Of a stretch of 64,000 nucleotides of DNA, positions 38,279 through 48,291 are shown one piece after another; the first letter of the stretch is position 1; every line of letters starts with the position of its first letter. The stretch covers positions 163,378 to 227,377 of the forward strand of contig JAOSJK010000001.1 of the NCBI GenBank assembly GCA_027494135.1. Direction: 5' to 3'. The DNA is from Acidimicrobiia bacterium. Lineage in GTDB: Bacteria; Actinomycetota; Acidimicrobiia; IMCC26256; PALSA-610. Both the position numbers and the translations under genes were made by a program. The notes under the pieces were generated by a model that saw nothing but the letters and a program-made list of their open reading frames with translations, ran no database searches and was not told where the DNA came from.

Positions 38279-39445
38279 GTGGAAGTTGACCCTACGCGCA
38301 TCTGCGAGCTGTTGGTAGGTCTGCCTGACGTGAACGTGCTCGGGGTGATCGACGAGTCGGGCGGCGTGTTGAGGGTCGTGATCGAGATCCGCGGTCCGCG
38401 TCCCGCGTGCGCACGGTGCGGGTGGCCGGCGCAGGTCAAGGACCGGCCGGTTGTCGAGCTCGTTGATCTGCCCTGCTTCGGTAGGTCTGTCCGGCTGGTG
38501 TGGCGCAAGCACCGTTGGGCGTGTGTCAACGGGTCGTGTCCGGTTCGGTCGTGGACAGGAGTGGACGTTCGGATAGCGGTGGCACGCTCCGCGATGACGG
38601 ATCGTGCGGGCCGGTGGGTGACCCGCCAGGTCGGTGAGCACGGCCGCACTGTGAACGAGATCGCCGGCGAGCTCGAGTGTGCCTGGCATACCGTCAACGA
38701 CGCGGTGAGGGCATACGGCGAGGCACTCGTCGATGACGACCCCGACCGGATCGGCGAGCCAACCGCACTCGGGTTGGATGAGACCCTGTTCGCACGGCTC
38801 GGCGAGTTCGGCCGGCAGCACTGGTCGACGTCGATCGTCGATGTACGCGCCGGCGTGCTGCTCGATGTCGTTCCGGGCCGCAGCGGCGCAGAACCGTGCC
38901 GGTGGCTCGCCACACGCAGTGATGCGTGGCTGGCGAACATCGCGTACGCGACGCTCGATCTGTCGGGGCCGTACAGGGCTGTGTTCGACACGATGACCCC
39001 CGACGCGATCCAGGTCGCAGATCCATTCCATGTCGTCAAGCTCGCGAACCAGAAGCTCGATGAGTGCCGCCGTCGAGTGCAGAACGAGACGTGCGGCCAT
39101 CGTTGCCGCAAGGACGACCCGCTCTACCGCTGCCGGCGGTTGTTGACCCGCGCCGATGAACGTCTCGACGAACACGGTCGCACGAAGCTGCTCGGGCTTC
39201 TCGACGCCGGTGACCCCCATGGCGAGGTGCGCACTGCGTGGCACGCGAAGGAGGTTGTACGAAGCATCTATGAGCATCACGATCCCGAGCTCGCAGGCGA
39301 GTTCGTCGACAGGCTCGGCCACGATCTCCAGGACCCGTCATGCCCGATTGAAGTCCGCTCACTTGGCCGGACCCTTCTGCGCTGGAAGGATCAGATCGCG
39401 GCGTGGCATCGCGCTCACGTGAGCAACGGGCCGACCGAAGCGGCG
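38279..39445 (+). pseudogene. ISL3 family transposase, N-terminal 389 codons (interrupted)
   Basis: ORF 38279..39568: ...CARCGWPAQVKDRPVVELVDLP...ADPFHVVKLANQKLDECRR...HVSNGPTEAA, after which unrelated sequence follows. Confidence 0.85.
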
Positions 39446-39631
39446 ATTATCAGGAGCGCTCGTCGGAGTGTCGTTGACGTCGTCGACGAGGCAGTTGAGG
39501 CCGTTGGGGAACGCGTTCTCTGGAGCGTGTCGTTGAGGTCCCCGATGTGGCGGGCGGCGTGGAGGTAGACATCGTCGTCCTTGGCCCGCACCTCGCTGGT
39601 CGACCAGCGGAGGTGACGGTGAGGGTGCAGC

Positions 39632-40705
39632 GTGGTGATGCCCGTGACGGGCGGCGAGTCGTGGACAGTGGTTGGTGACGACTGGATTCCTGTCGTGCCG
39701 GTCGAGCGCTATCTGGGGCATCTGGCCGGGATCGAACGGTCTCCGAACACGGTGCGCGCCTACGCCCACGGGTTGCGGTTGTGGTTCGAGTTCCTCGAGC
39801 GGCACGATCTCGCGTGGGACGCAGCGGGCATCGAGGATGTGTCTCGGTTCGTGGCGTGGCTGCGGGCGCCGGCGGACAACGTGATCGTGCTCGATGACAC
39901 CGCGGCGGTGCGGAGCGCGGCGACGGTGAACCGGCATCTGGCCGCCCTGTTCGGGTTCTATGACTTCCACGCCCGTTCTGGGGTGGGGTTGGCGGCGGAT
40001 CTGGTGGCGTGGCGGCGGGTGTCGCGGGGTTCCTACAAGCCGTTCTTGCATCACGTGTCGCAGGGCCGGCCGGTCGCTGCCCGGCCGGTGAGGTTACGTG
40101 TTGATCGCCGCCTGCCCGTGACGTTGAGCGTCGAGGAGATCGCTCAGATCTTGGCAGCGTGTGATCGTCTGCGGGACCGGTTCCTGTTCGCGTTGTTGGC
40201 CGAGACGGGGATGCGGATCGGTCAAGCCCCTCGGGTTGCGTCACAGCGACTTCGTGAGCCGCGAACGGACGGTGATGATCGTGCCGCGAGGCGACAACGC
40301 CAACGGCGCCCGAGCCAAGTGCACGTCGCCGGTGAGTGTGCCGGTGTCGGCGCCGCTGGTTCGGCTCTACAGCGACTACATGCACACCGAGTACGGCGCC
40401 CTCGATTCGGACTACGTGTTCGTCAACTTGTGGTCGGCACCGGTGGGTCGCCCGTTGCGCTATCAGGCAGTCGTCAAGCTCGTCGGCCGACTGCGGGCCC
40501 GCACGGGCATCGAGTTCAGCGCACACATGCTGCGCCATAGCCGAGCGACAGAGCTGATCCGTGGCGGTGTGGCGATCGAGATCGTCTCAAGTTGTTGACT
40601 CACCGGTCGGTGACCACGACCAGCGACGCTTACGTGCACCTCGACGTTGAGGATCTGCGCGCTGAACTGGTCCGAGCCGGCGCATGGGTGCCGGCCTCAT
40701 GTTGA
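39632..40705 (+). pseudogene. tyrosine recombinase (Tn554 TnpA-like), frame broken twice
   Basis: ORF 39632..40540 (...SPNTVRAYAHGLRLWFEFL...LLAETGMRIGQA), then ORF 40161..40598 (LGLRHSDF...FSAHMLRHSRATELIRGG), then a third frame (LLTHRSVTTTSDAYVH). Switches are near 40225 and 40590. Confidence 0.75.
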
Positions 40706-42652
40706 GCGTCGTCTCGGTTCCCGATCCCGACGGCGACCAGATGGGGGCGTTGTTGGTCGCGGCAGTCCGTCCCGAGTTCGCCGGCCACATCGTTCGGGTC
40801 GACGCCGACAACCCGGTGTTCGGACGGGGTCGCTGCGGCGTCGGCGGCTGCGAGCGGACGTCGTGGGCGCGCCAGCTGTGCGCGGCTCACCATCAACGCT
40901 GGACCAAACACGGCAAACCCGAGGTCGAACACTTCCGGGACACCACCGGCCCGATCGCCGTGCGCGCCGGTTCCGAGAGGGTCGACGCGTTCGATCTGTC
41001 CGCGCTCGACCAACGAGCGCGTCTGGAGGTCGGCTACGTCTTGCAGTGCCGCCATGACGAACGCGGCGTTCGGGTCCTGCCCTCGACTATCCGTCATCTC
41101 GCCGCCCTCTACGTTGACAGCGGCGCCCGGTCGCTGCTCGACCGGCCGGTCGAGCCATGGCTCGACGCCGTGCGAGCCAAACGCTGGAAGGACCCGACCC
41201 GCACGGTCGCGCTCGTCCGCTACGCCCATCAGCGTCTCACTGACTTGGGCGGCATCGATGTCGAAGCCGAATACGCCAGCGACATCTGGGTGGCTGCCCG
41301 CCTCGGGATCCACGTGACGCGTTCAGCGACCCAGACCCGCTTCGACACCATCGCTCAGCCGTGGCTGCGCACCGCTGTCAAACGATGGGCTCGGCTGCGG
41401 CTCGGATCCGGCAAGACGTTCGGCACCGTGCACGTCGACGCCCGAGCGATGCTGTGGTTCAGCCGGTTCCTCGCCGGACGTGACCCCGACGCCACCGATG
41501 AGCGTGCGATCACCCGCGACGCGCTCGAGGCCTACCTCGTCTGGATCACCGCTTCCCACCTGGCAGCGCACACCTCGAGCACCTACATCACCTGCCTACG
41601 AGGTTTCCTCGACACGAGCCGTCGCCACCGGTGGCTGCCCGCACTGTCATCAACAGCCGCTCTCTACCACGACGACCTGCCGAGCCGTCCCCGGCCGCTG
41701 CCGCGTTTCATCTCCGAGTTCGTGATGGGCCAGCTCGAAGACCCCGATCGCCTCGCCGTCCTACCCGACGCCACCACCCGAGCGCTGATCGTCGTGATCA
41801 TGGAGACCGGGCTGCGCGCCAACGACGCCTGCGCGTTGCCGTTCAACCCGATCATCGACGACTCAGCCGGATGGCCGTGTCTGCGCTACTTCAACGCCAA
41901 GATGGCCGCCGAACAACTCGTTCCCCTCAGCGCCACCGCCGCCGACGCGATCCGCGCCCAGCAAGCAGACCTCCGCCGACGTTGGCCCGCCGGACCGCCG
42001 GTGCTGTTCCCCGCTCCGCACTCCAACCCCGACGGGACACACCCGTTCAGCTACGCGACGCTGCGGGCCCGTCTCGCCCGCTGGCAAGACGACATCGACG
42101 TGCACGACGAGACCGGCCAGCACGTGCGCGTCACCGCTCACCAGTTCCGTCACACGCTCGGCACACGGTTGATCAACCAGGGCGTCCCCCAACACGTCAT
42201 CCAACGCCTCCTCGGACACGCCTCCCCGCAGATGACCGCCCGCTACGCCACCTTGCACGACACCACCGTCCGCCAAGCCTTCGACGAGTACTGCCGCCAA
42301 CGCGTCAACCTCGCCGGCGACCGCATCGTCTACGACCCCGCCGGTATCACCGCCGACGCCGAGTGGACCAAGCACAACATGACCAGAGTGCAGGCCAGCC
42401 TGCCCAACGGCTACTGCGGGCGACCACCACAACAGAACTGCCCGCACCCCCAACGCCTGCCTCACCTGCCCCGACTTCCAGACCACCCCGGCGTTCCTCG
42501 ACGTCCACCGCCACCAACGCGATGAGACCCGGATCCTGATCGCCACCGCCGAAGCCGACGGCCAGTTCCGGCTCGCCGCGAACCACCGCCAGGTCCACGA
42601 CAACCTCGATCAACTCATCGACGCCCTCGATGCCATCGGAGACTCCCCATGA
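40684..42652 (+). pseudogene. large tyrosine recombinase (Tn554 TnpB-like), frame broken once
   Basis: ORF 40684..42525: ...METGLRANDA...HQFRHTLGTRLINQGVPQHVIQRLLGHASPQMTARYATL. The C-terminal part, NACLTCPDFQTTPAFLDVH...DALDAIGDSP*, is in another frame. The switch is at the C5 run 42447-42451. Confidence 0.8.
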
Positions 42653-43023
42653 GCACCACCGAGAACACCGCCCTCGCCGTCGCCACCGAGCGGCGCGTTC
42701 AAGACACCCGGCTACGCGCCATCGGCGCGATCCGACAGCTCGACACCGCCGGCGAGACCATCACGTTCGCCAGCGTCTCCCAACGATCAGGAGTGTCACG
42801 ATCATGGCTCTACCGCCAACCCGACCTACGCGCCGAGATCAACCGCCTGCGAGCCACCCCAGCCCCGACAGTCCCTTCAGCCCAGCGAGCCTCCACCGAC
42901 TCACAGCACCGACGCCTCGAGGCCACCCTCGACGAGATCCAACGCCTCAAGGCCGAGAACCAACAACTCCGGGAACTGCTCGCCCAGCGCCTCGGACAAC
43001 AACGCGTCGACGGGCCAAACTGA
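42649..43023 (+). CDS. small TnpC-like protein (HTH plus coiled coil)
   Basis: 124 aa. ITFASVSQRSGVSRSWLYRQPDLRAEI...LDEIQRLKAENQQLRELL. Its ATG overlaps the upstream stop. Confidence 0.65.
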   Translation: MSTTENTALAVATERRVQDTRLRAIGAIRQLDTAGETITFASVSQRSGVSRSWLYRQPDLRAEINRLRATPAPTVPSAQRASTDSQHRRLEATLDEIQRLKAENQQLRELLAQRLGQQRVDGPN

Positions 43024-43099
43024 CCTCGTCGGCAACATGTCCACGACGTGCAGGCCCTGGCGAACAAGGCATTCCCTGTCCGCGCTCCAGATAACGGCG

Positions 43100-43228
43100 A
43101 ACAACCTCATCAAGCGGATCAAGCGCGTCGCGTTCGGCTTCACGAACTTCCGCAACTACCGCGTCCGGGTCCTGCTCTACGCCGGCAAGCCGAACTGGGA
43201 CCTACTCGCCAGCGTCACACCCCGCTGA
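43100..43228 (+). pseudogene. ISL3 family transposase, C-terminal fragment
   Basis: NNLIKRIKRVAFGFTNFRNYRVRVLLYAGKPNWDLL, in the same codon phase as the 38279 part. Confidence 0.85.
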
Positions 43229-43241
43229 AACGCGAAGAACC

Positions 43242-43249
43242 ATCAAAGG
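43242..43249. repeat. 8-bp target-site duplication ATCAAAGG (right)
   Basis: It directly follows the IRR. Confidence 0.8.
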
Positions 43250-43523
43250 CGCGGCCCTGTTGATGAGCTGCACCCGGGTTGCATGCAGTGATGCCGATGT
43301 CGCCGAACCAGTTGAATACCTTGCCCCAGTAGTCCTCGACATAGGTCGCCGTGTTCTGCGCCCACTCGGTGGTGCGCCACCAGAACGTCTCGTTGAACTC
43401 CTCGGAGTGCGGTTCAGACCCGTGGACCCCAACCCCCAAGTAGTAACCGGTCCTGTGCCGAAGACCCCAGGGAGTTGTTCCGATCCATGTCATGAAGATT
43501 GGATCAGCGTTTTGACAGCTCAT
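43250..43523 (-). pseudogene. Trp-rich hypothetical protein, 3' end cut by IS insertions
   Basis: ORF 43215..43523: MSCQNADPIFMTWIGTTPWGLRHRTGYYLGVGVHGSEPHSEEFNETFWWRTTEWAQNTATYVEDYWGKVFNWFGD... Its ATG overlaps the upstream gene's stop (ATGA). The frame runs into the ISL3 end. Confidence 0.4.
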
Positions 43524-44291
43524 GCCGTCGCCTCCGCTCCCGTGTTCAGCACACTCCTCAGCGACATCACCTGTGCCGAGCCGTCGGCGATGAGAAGCGC
43601 ATCGGTCGTTCCTTTGATTGGGACAACCTCAGCCGCAGCCAGAGTCGCGGCGCCGTCAGCCGATTTCCACGACGAAGCCTCCGAGAGGTAGAGGGTGAGC
43701 AAGCTGTCCGGCCCGCGGTGCAGCAATGCGATTCCCTCTTCAGTGACCTCTGCGTACACCACCTGCCCAGGGAGGGAGTGACGCAGATCGGTCTTCCCAC
43801 CCTCCCTGCGCGTTGGATACAAACAGGCGGGCGAGGCCTTGGCCATCAACCGTCCAGGCCACCGCCGGCTCACCGTTCGCCTGTGTCATTCCAGAGGGGC
43901 CCGATTCGCCGAGGGCCTCCGCGAGGATGGAGACCTGCAATCCACCGCTCGCTGAGGCAGACGAGACGGCCAGGCGTGACCCGAAATGCTCTTCGAGGCC
44001 TGGGCCGCCTGACTCGATCAGCGCATGCGCTCCGCCGCCTGGCGCGAGATCCACCGCCGTCACCCATGCCGAAGCCTCTTCCATCGCGGCAATTTGATCG
44101 ATTCGACGAAGCTCATAGCTCTTCGACAAAGTCACGATCGCCGGCTCAGCTCTCCAGTATCCGATCGTCACCGTATCGACGTGTTCGGACATGTGCTCAG
44201 GCACGGTCTGCAGTTCTGCGAGCACCTCGGCGCTTGGGCGAGCGTCGAAGGTCTCACCCTCCACGACTGAACTGACGTATCCGCCGAGATA
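43520..44291 (-). pseudogene. hypothetical protein, 5' end removed by IS3, one frame break
   Basis: ORFs 43740..44264 and 43520..43873 overlap and read as one beta-rich protein. The open frame continues upstream to the IS3 end at 44292 without a start codon. Confidence 0.4.
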
Positions 44292-44345
44292 TGAGCCGCC
44301 CTGGGATCCGCGGAGGCTCCATACCTTGGAAGCGAGGATGGAGTC

Positions 44346-44678
44346 ATGGGATCACAGGGCAAGCCAACGCAGAGGCGGTACTCGCCCGAGTTGAAGGAGC
44401 GCGCGGTTCGGATGGTGCTCCAGCTCCGGGCGGAGACGGGTGAGCGGCATGGGAGCGTGAAGCGTGTCGCCGAGCAGCTGGACGTCGGGGTCGAGTCGTT
44501 GCGGTCGTGGGTGAAGCAGCACGAGGTCGATCACGGCGCACGGCCGGGTACGACGACTGAGGAGGCCGGCCGGATCAAGGCGCTCGAGCAGGAGAACAAG
44601 GAGCTGCGTCGCGCGAATGCGATCTTGAAGTCGGCGTCGGCTTTCTTCGCGGCGGAGCTCGACCGCCCGCAGAGGTGA
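44346..44678 (+). CDS. IS3 family transposase OrfA (HTH)
   Basis: RRYSPELKERAVRMV...RVAEQLDVGVESLRSWVKQ...LEQENKELRRANAILKSASAFFA. Confidence 0.9.
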   Translation: MGSQGKPTQRRYSPELKERAVRMVLQLRAETGERHGSVKRVAEQLDVGVESLRSWVKQHEVDHGARPGTTTEEAGRIKALEQENKELRRANAILKSASAFFAAELDRPQR

Positions 44679-45587
44679 TGGTGCGCTATATCGACGCGCA
44701 CCGCGACGAGTTCGGAGTCGAGCCCATCTGCCGCACCTTGGAGATGGCTCCGAGCACGTACTACTCGGCGAAGTCCCGCCCGCCGTCGCAGCGCAGCGTG
44801 CGCGACGCGGTGATGATGCAGTTGCTCATGGTGCTGTGGGTCGCGAACCGCAAGGTCTACGGGGCGCACAAGCTCTGGAAGGCAGCCCGGCGTGCCGGGC
44901 ACGACATCGGCCGAGACCAGGTCGCTCGCCTCATGCGGGAACTGGCGATCGAGGGCGTGTCGAGGCGCCGCAAGAAGGTCTTCACGACCCGTCAGGATCC
45001 CGACGCCGTGCGGGCTCCGGACCTGGTGAACCGGGACTTCACAGCGGATCGTCCCGACGCCTTGTGGGTAACCGACCTCACCTACGTGCCGCCCCGATCC
45101 GGGATGGCGTACGTGTGCTTCATCGTCGATGCGTTCTCCCGCCGGATCGTCGGCTGGCGCGTCGCCGCGAACATGAAGAACGAGATGGTCCTCGACGCGC
45201 TCGAGAAGGAACGCCACTCAAGAGGTGCTCGCCGACTCGTCGGCCTAGTCACCCATTACGACGCCGGATCGCAATTCACGTCGGTGCGCTTCACCGAACG
45301 TCTCGATGAGATCGGCGCACGCCCGAGTATCGGCACCGTCGCGGACAGTTACGACAACGCGCTGGCCGAGACCACCAACGGGCTCTACAAGACCGGAGTG
45401 CGTCTACGGGCCCGACACGAACGGCTGGGACGACGTCGACGAGCTCGAGCTCGCGACACTCTCGTGGGTGCACTGGTTCAACCACGACCGGCTCCACAGC
45501 CACTGCGATGACGTACCCCCAGCAGAGTTCGAGCACGCGTTCTACGCTGCCCCCACGACCACCAGCGAGACGGTTGGAATCCAATAA
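44675..45587 (+). pseudogene. IS3 family transposase OrfB (DDE integrase core), extra frame break
   Basis: ORF 44675..45511: ...WVTDLTYV...CFIVDAFSRRIVGW...HYDAGSQFTS...DNALAETTNGLYKT. ORF 45306..45587 follows: ECVYGPDTNGWDDVDELELATLSWVHWFNHDRLH. The switch is near 45395. Confidence 0.85.
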
Positions 45588-45620
45588 CCCGAGCCTCCAT
45601 GAGACCCAGGGCGGTTCACG

Positions 45621-46573
45621 GAGCCATTTGGAGCCGTGTCGGGTGTGGCCTGAGCCGTGCTTGCCGGCGGACTCGTTGTTGCCGGGGCACATGCCGGCCC
45701 ACGACGCGAGATGCCCGGCGGTGGGGGAAGCGGGACATGTCGGTGCCGATCTCAGCGAGGATCACCTGGGCGGTGCGCTGGGACACCCCCGGGATCGTCA
45801 CCAACAACGTCACCGCCGCCTGGTGAGGGTCCAGCAGCGCCTCGATCCGTTCGGTCAGCGCGGCGATGGTGGTGTCCGCGTGGTCGATACGGGCCAGCAT
45901 CGCTCCACACATGAGGGCGTGGTGATCGTTGAACCGTCCGGCGAGAGCGTCTTGGAGCTCGGGGATCTTCTTGCGCAGCCTGCCTTTGGCGAGATCCGCG
46001 AGCATCTCGGGATCGCGTTGGCCTGCGATGAGCGCGTCGGAGCATCTCCCGCCCGGACTTGGTCAGCACGTGAGACGCGACCGACGACAACTTCACCCCG
46101 GCATCCTCGAGGATCTTGTGGAGCCGTTGCACTTCCCGGCCGCGTTCTTCGATCACGGACTTGCGGTAACGGGTCAGATCCCGTTGCTCGCGAGTTGGGC
46201 GCGGCGGAATGAATGACGGGCGGACCAGGCCGTGCTCCAACAGCTGGGCGCCCCACTGGGCGTCGGCAACGTCGGTCTTGCGGCCCGGCACGTTGCGCAT
46301 GTGGCGAGCGTTGATCACCCATACCTCGCCGATCGCGTCTTCGAGCACCCAGTGCACCGGCTTCCAGTACACGCCGGTGGCTTCCATCCCCACCAGCGTC
46401 ACCTCCCGTTCGACGAGCCAGTCCGACAGCACCAACAGCTGAGAGACGGTCGTGCCGAACTCGGCGACCTCCTCGCGGCGGCCGCCGCCACCATCGGGCA
46501 TGCGGGCGCACGCCACCACCGAGTCGCGGTGCACATCCAAGAACGCGCACCGCTCGACAAGTACCTGCATCAC
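45621..46573 (-). pseudogene. IS110 family transposase, 3'-truncated by IS3 and frame-broken
   Basis: ORF 45752..46573 (CAFLDVHRDSVVACA...VGMEATGVYWKP), ORF 45616..46005 (...LVTIPGVSQRTAQVILAEIGTDMSRF) and the start of ORF 45291..45692 (MCPGNNESAGKHGSGHTRHGSKWLR), which stops at the IS3 end. Confidence 0.8.
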
Positions 46574-46925
46574 GGGCTCCTTCCGCTCGGCAACGGTGTG
46601 GCCAGCCGGATGGGGGCCTCGCCGGAAGAGACTGAGGTACGTGCTCGAAGCAACAGGACGGAGCGCCCGAGACCCCCGGGATCAAGCTAACGACGGGCTC
46701 CGAACGCCATAGAAACTGACGACCTCGGCCCGGCCAGCCACCCCGATTCTCATACGCCGAGAGCGGCCTCGCCAGAGGCCATGGGAGCTAACTACTTTCG
46801 ACCTCAAGCGCCCTAGAACCGAGTGCGTTTGCGTCCGGTTCGCCGACCCTAGGTTCGCCCAGGCGTCCCGTCAAGAGGCACTTCAACGCTTCACCGGCAC
46901 CGTCGCGGTCGCCGCCGCGAACGAC

Positions 46926-47339
46926 CTACCAATAATCGCCGCCCCGCCCGAAGCCGCCACAGCCCCCAGATGCTGCACGCAACGCACCACCACCTACACC
47001 TCGAAAGCGCAAGGCAAACTCATCCAGCCGTACTACTGGGGTAGCGAGAAATTGGTCTTGGCGAGATAACGCCGACCCTGTTAGCGGAATTAATACGGCA
47101 CTTCGGACATGGCACTCGGCCGGCCCGGACCGGCGTCGCTCGGCCGGAGCCGCGTTGCGCTCGTCGGACTTCATGGTCTCACCGGTGAGCTTCAGGCAGA
47201 TGTCATCCTATGTGTCGATCGCGGAGACAACGGCATCCGATGCTGCTGCGTTGAATAGCGCGGCATCGAGGGAGACCTCCGCCGCTTCGAGGAGGTCCTC
47301 CGCCTCGGCCAGATCGCGCGCATCCTCCAGCGCGCTCAT
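46926..47339 (-). pseudogene. HEPN-domain toxin partner of MNT, with in-frame TAG
   Basis: MSALEDARDLAEAEDLLEAAEVSLDAALFNAAASDAVVSAIDT-TAG(47210..47208)-DDICLKLTGETMKSDERNAA... ORFs 47208..47654 and 46926..47174 are in the same phase. The ATG overlaps the MNT stop (ATGA). Confidence 0.55.
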
Positions 47340-48058
47340 TCCAGCACCTTCGCCATATGCCGGAGGGAGCGTCCCGCGACCACGACCGCATCCTCGCTCA
47401 ACGCCCTCACCAGCCGATCGCCGGTTGCGACGAGCTTCGAGAACTCCACCTCGGAGTACTGGAGCATCCGGCACGCGTTTTCCGACCAAAGCAGGACGCT
47501 CTCGGCGAGCGCGAACGTCTGGGTCTCCCAGCGGTTGTCGTCTTCTGGTACAGCATCCGGCCGAATAGCCAGGACGTCCGCGCCACTCGACGGAGTCACC
47601 TGTCCTCGTGCGGCCGATCCGAAGACCCACACCGCCACCGGCCGGACACGCCATGACCGCACTGCTGCGGCCACGCGGGCGAGGAGCTCGTCACGTGCAC
47701 CGGCGGCAGCGAGCACGACTGCCGCAGCGACCTGGTCTCGATTGAGCACGTAGAGGGTCGCGGTGCCGGCAAGCGCGCAGGTGACCAGGCCCGACTCCAC
47801 GAGCGGCGCGATCGCCTTGCGCACGCCGGACTGGCAGGCGGCGCCGCCGGACAGCCCCGCTATCTTGTTCCCCGTGAGAGGCACGGTCGTCGCGGCGAGA
47901 ATGCGCCGCACGACGCCACGAGCGCCCGGCTCCAAGTCGTGCTCGATGACGGTCGCCGGGTAGGTGGGCGGGCTTGACCACGCCTCGAGCTTCCGCGGGC
48001 CGGCCCAGAGCTGCCAGACGTTCGCGACCAGCGCGCCCCACTCGTTCGTGACCGTCAT
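47336..48058 (-). CDS. nucleotidyltransferase-domain (MNT-type) antitoxin with N-terminal wHTH
   Basis: ATG 48058 inside ORF 47336..48733. ...LTGNKIAGLSGGAACQSGVRKAIAPLVESGLV...VAVWVFGSAARGQVTPSSGADVLAI. Confidence 0.65.
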   Translation of the reverse strand: MTVTNEWGALVANVWQLWAGPRKLEAWSSPPTYPATVIEHDLEPGARGVVRRILAATTVPLTGNKIAGLSGGAACQSGVRKAIAPLVESGLVTCALAGTATLYVLNRDQVAAAVVLAAAGARDELLARVAAAVRSWRVRPVAVWVFGSAARGQVTPSSGADVLAIRPDAVPEDDNRWETQTFALAESVLLWSENACRMLQYSEVEFSKLVATGDRLVRALSEDAVVVAGRSLRHMAKVLE

Positions 48059-48291
48059 GTTGAGGGCAGTCGGGCCCTCGCTGATCTCCGCGACGCTCGA
48101 GGGCACGCTCCATCTCCGGCGTCGCTGACAGTCTCGCCAAACGGTCGCTCCCGACAACGTCACGGTCAGCGCCCCCTCAGCCGTCGAGCGCGCCCGTGAA
48201 GTCGTCTCCGAAGTCGAGTCGCGGGGCGCACGAGGGTCGCCAGCCGGACCGGGTTGGCGCGCCGACGCCCATCGACAACACTGGCGGCTCG

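Larger units (their letters stand above)
39446..43099 (+). mobile_element. Tn554-like element: two tyrosine recombinases plus a small TnpC-like gene, inserted in the ISL3 transposase gene
   Basis: It splits NGPTEAA | NNLIKRIKRVAFGF. CGGCG is present at both junctions (39441-45 and 43095-99). The gene sizes (~355, ~655 and 124 codons) mirror TnpA/TnpB/TnpC of Tn554. Confidence 0.7.
38179..43241 (+). mobile_element. ISL3-family insertion sequence (second, different copy) carrying a nested 3.65-kb insertion
   Basis: IRL is 38179-38200, GGCTCTTCGCGTTTGAGCGGGG. The reverse complement of the IRR at 43220-43241 is GGTTCTTCGCGTTTCAGCGGGG. The element is flanked by the 8-bp direct repeat. Confidence 0.85.
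44292..45620 (+). mobile_element. IS3-family insertion sequence (1329 bp)
   Basis: The left terminal IR is TGAGCCGCCCTGGGATCCGCGGAGGCTC. The right IR (reverse complement) is TGAACCGCCCTGGGTCTCATGGAGGCTC. Ends are TG...CA. orfA and orfB are in 0/-1 phases. Confidence 0.9.
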
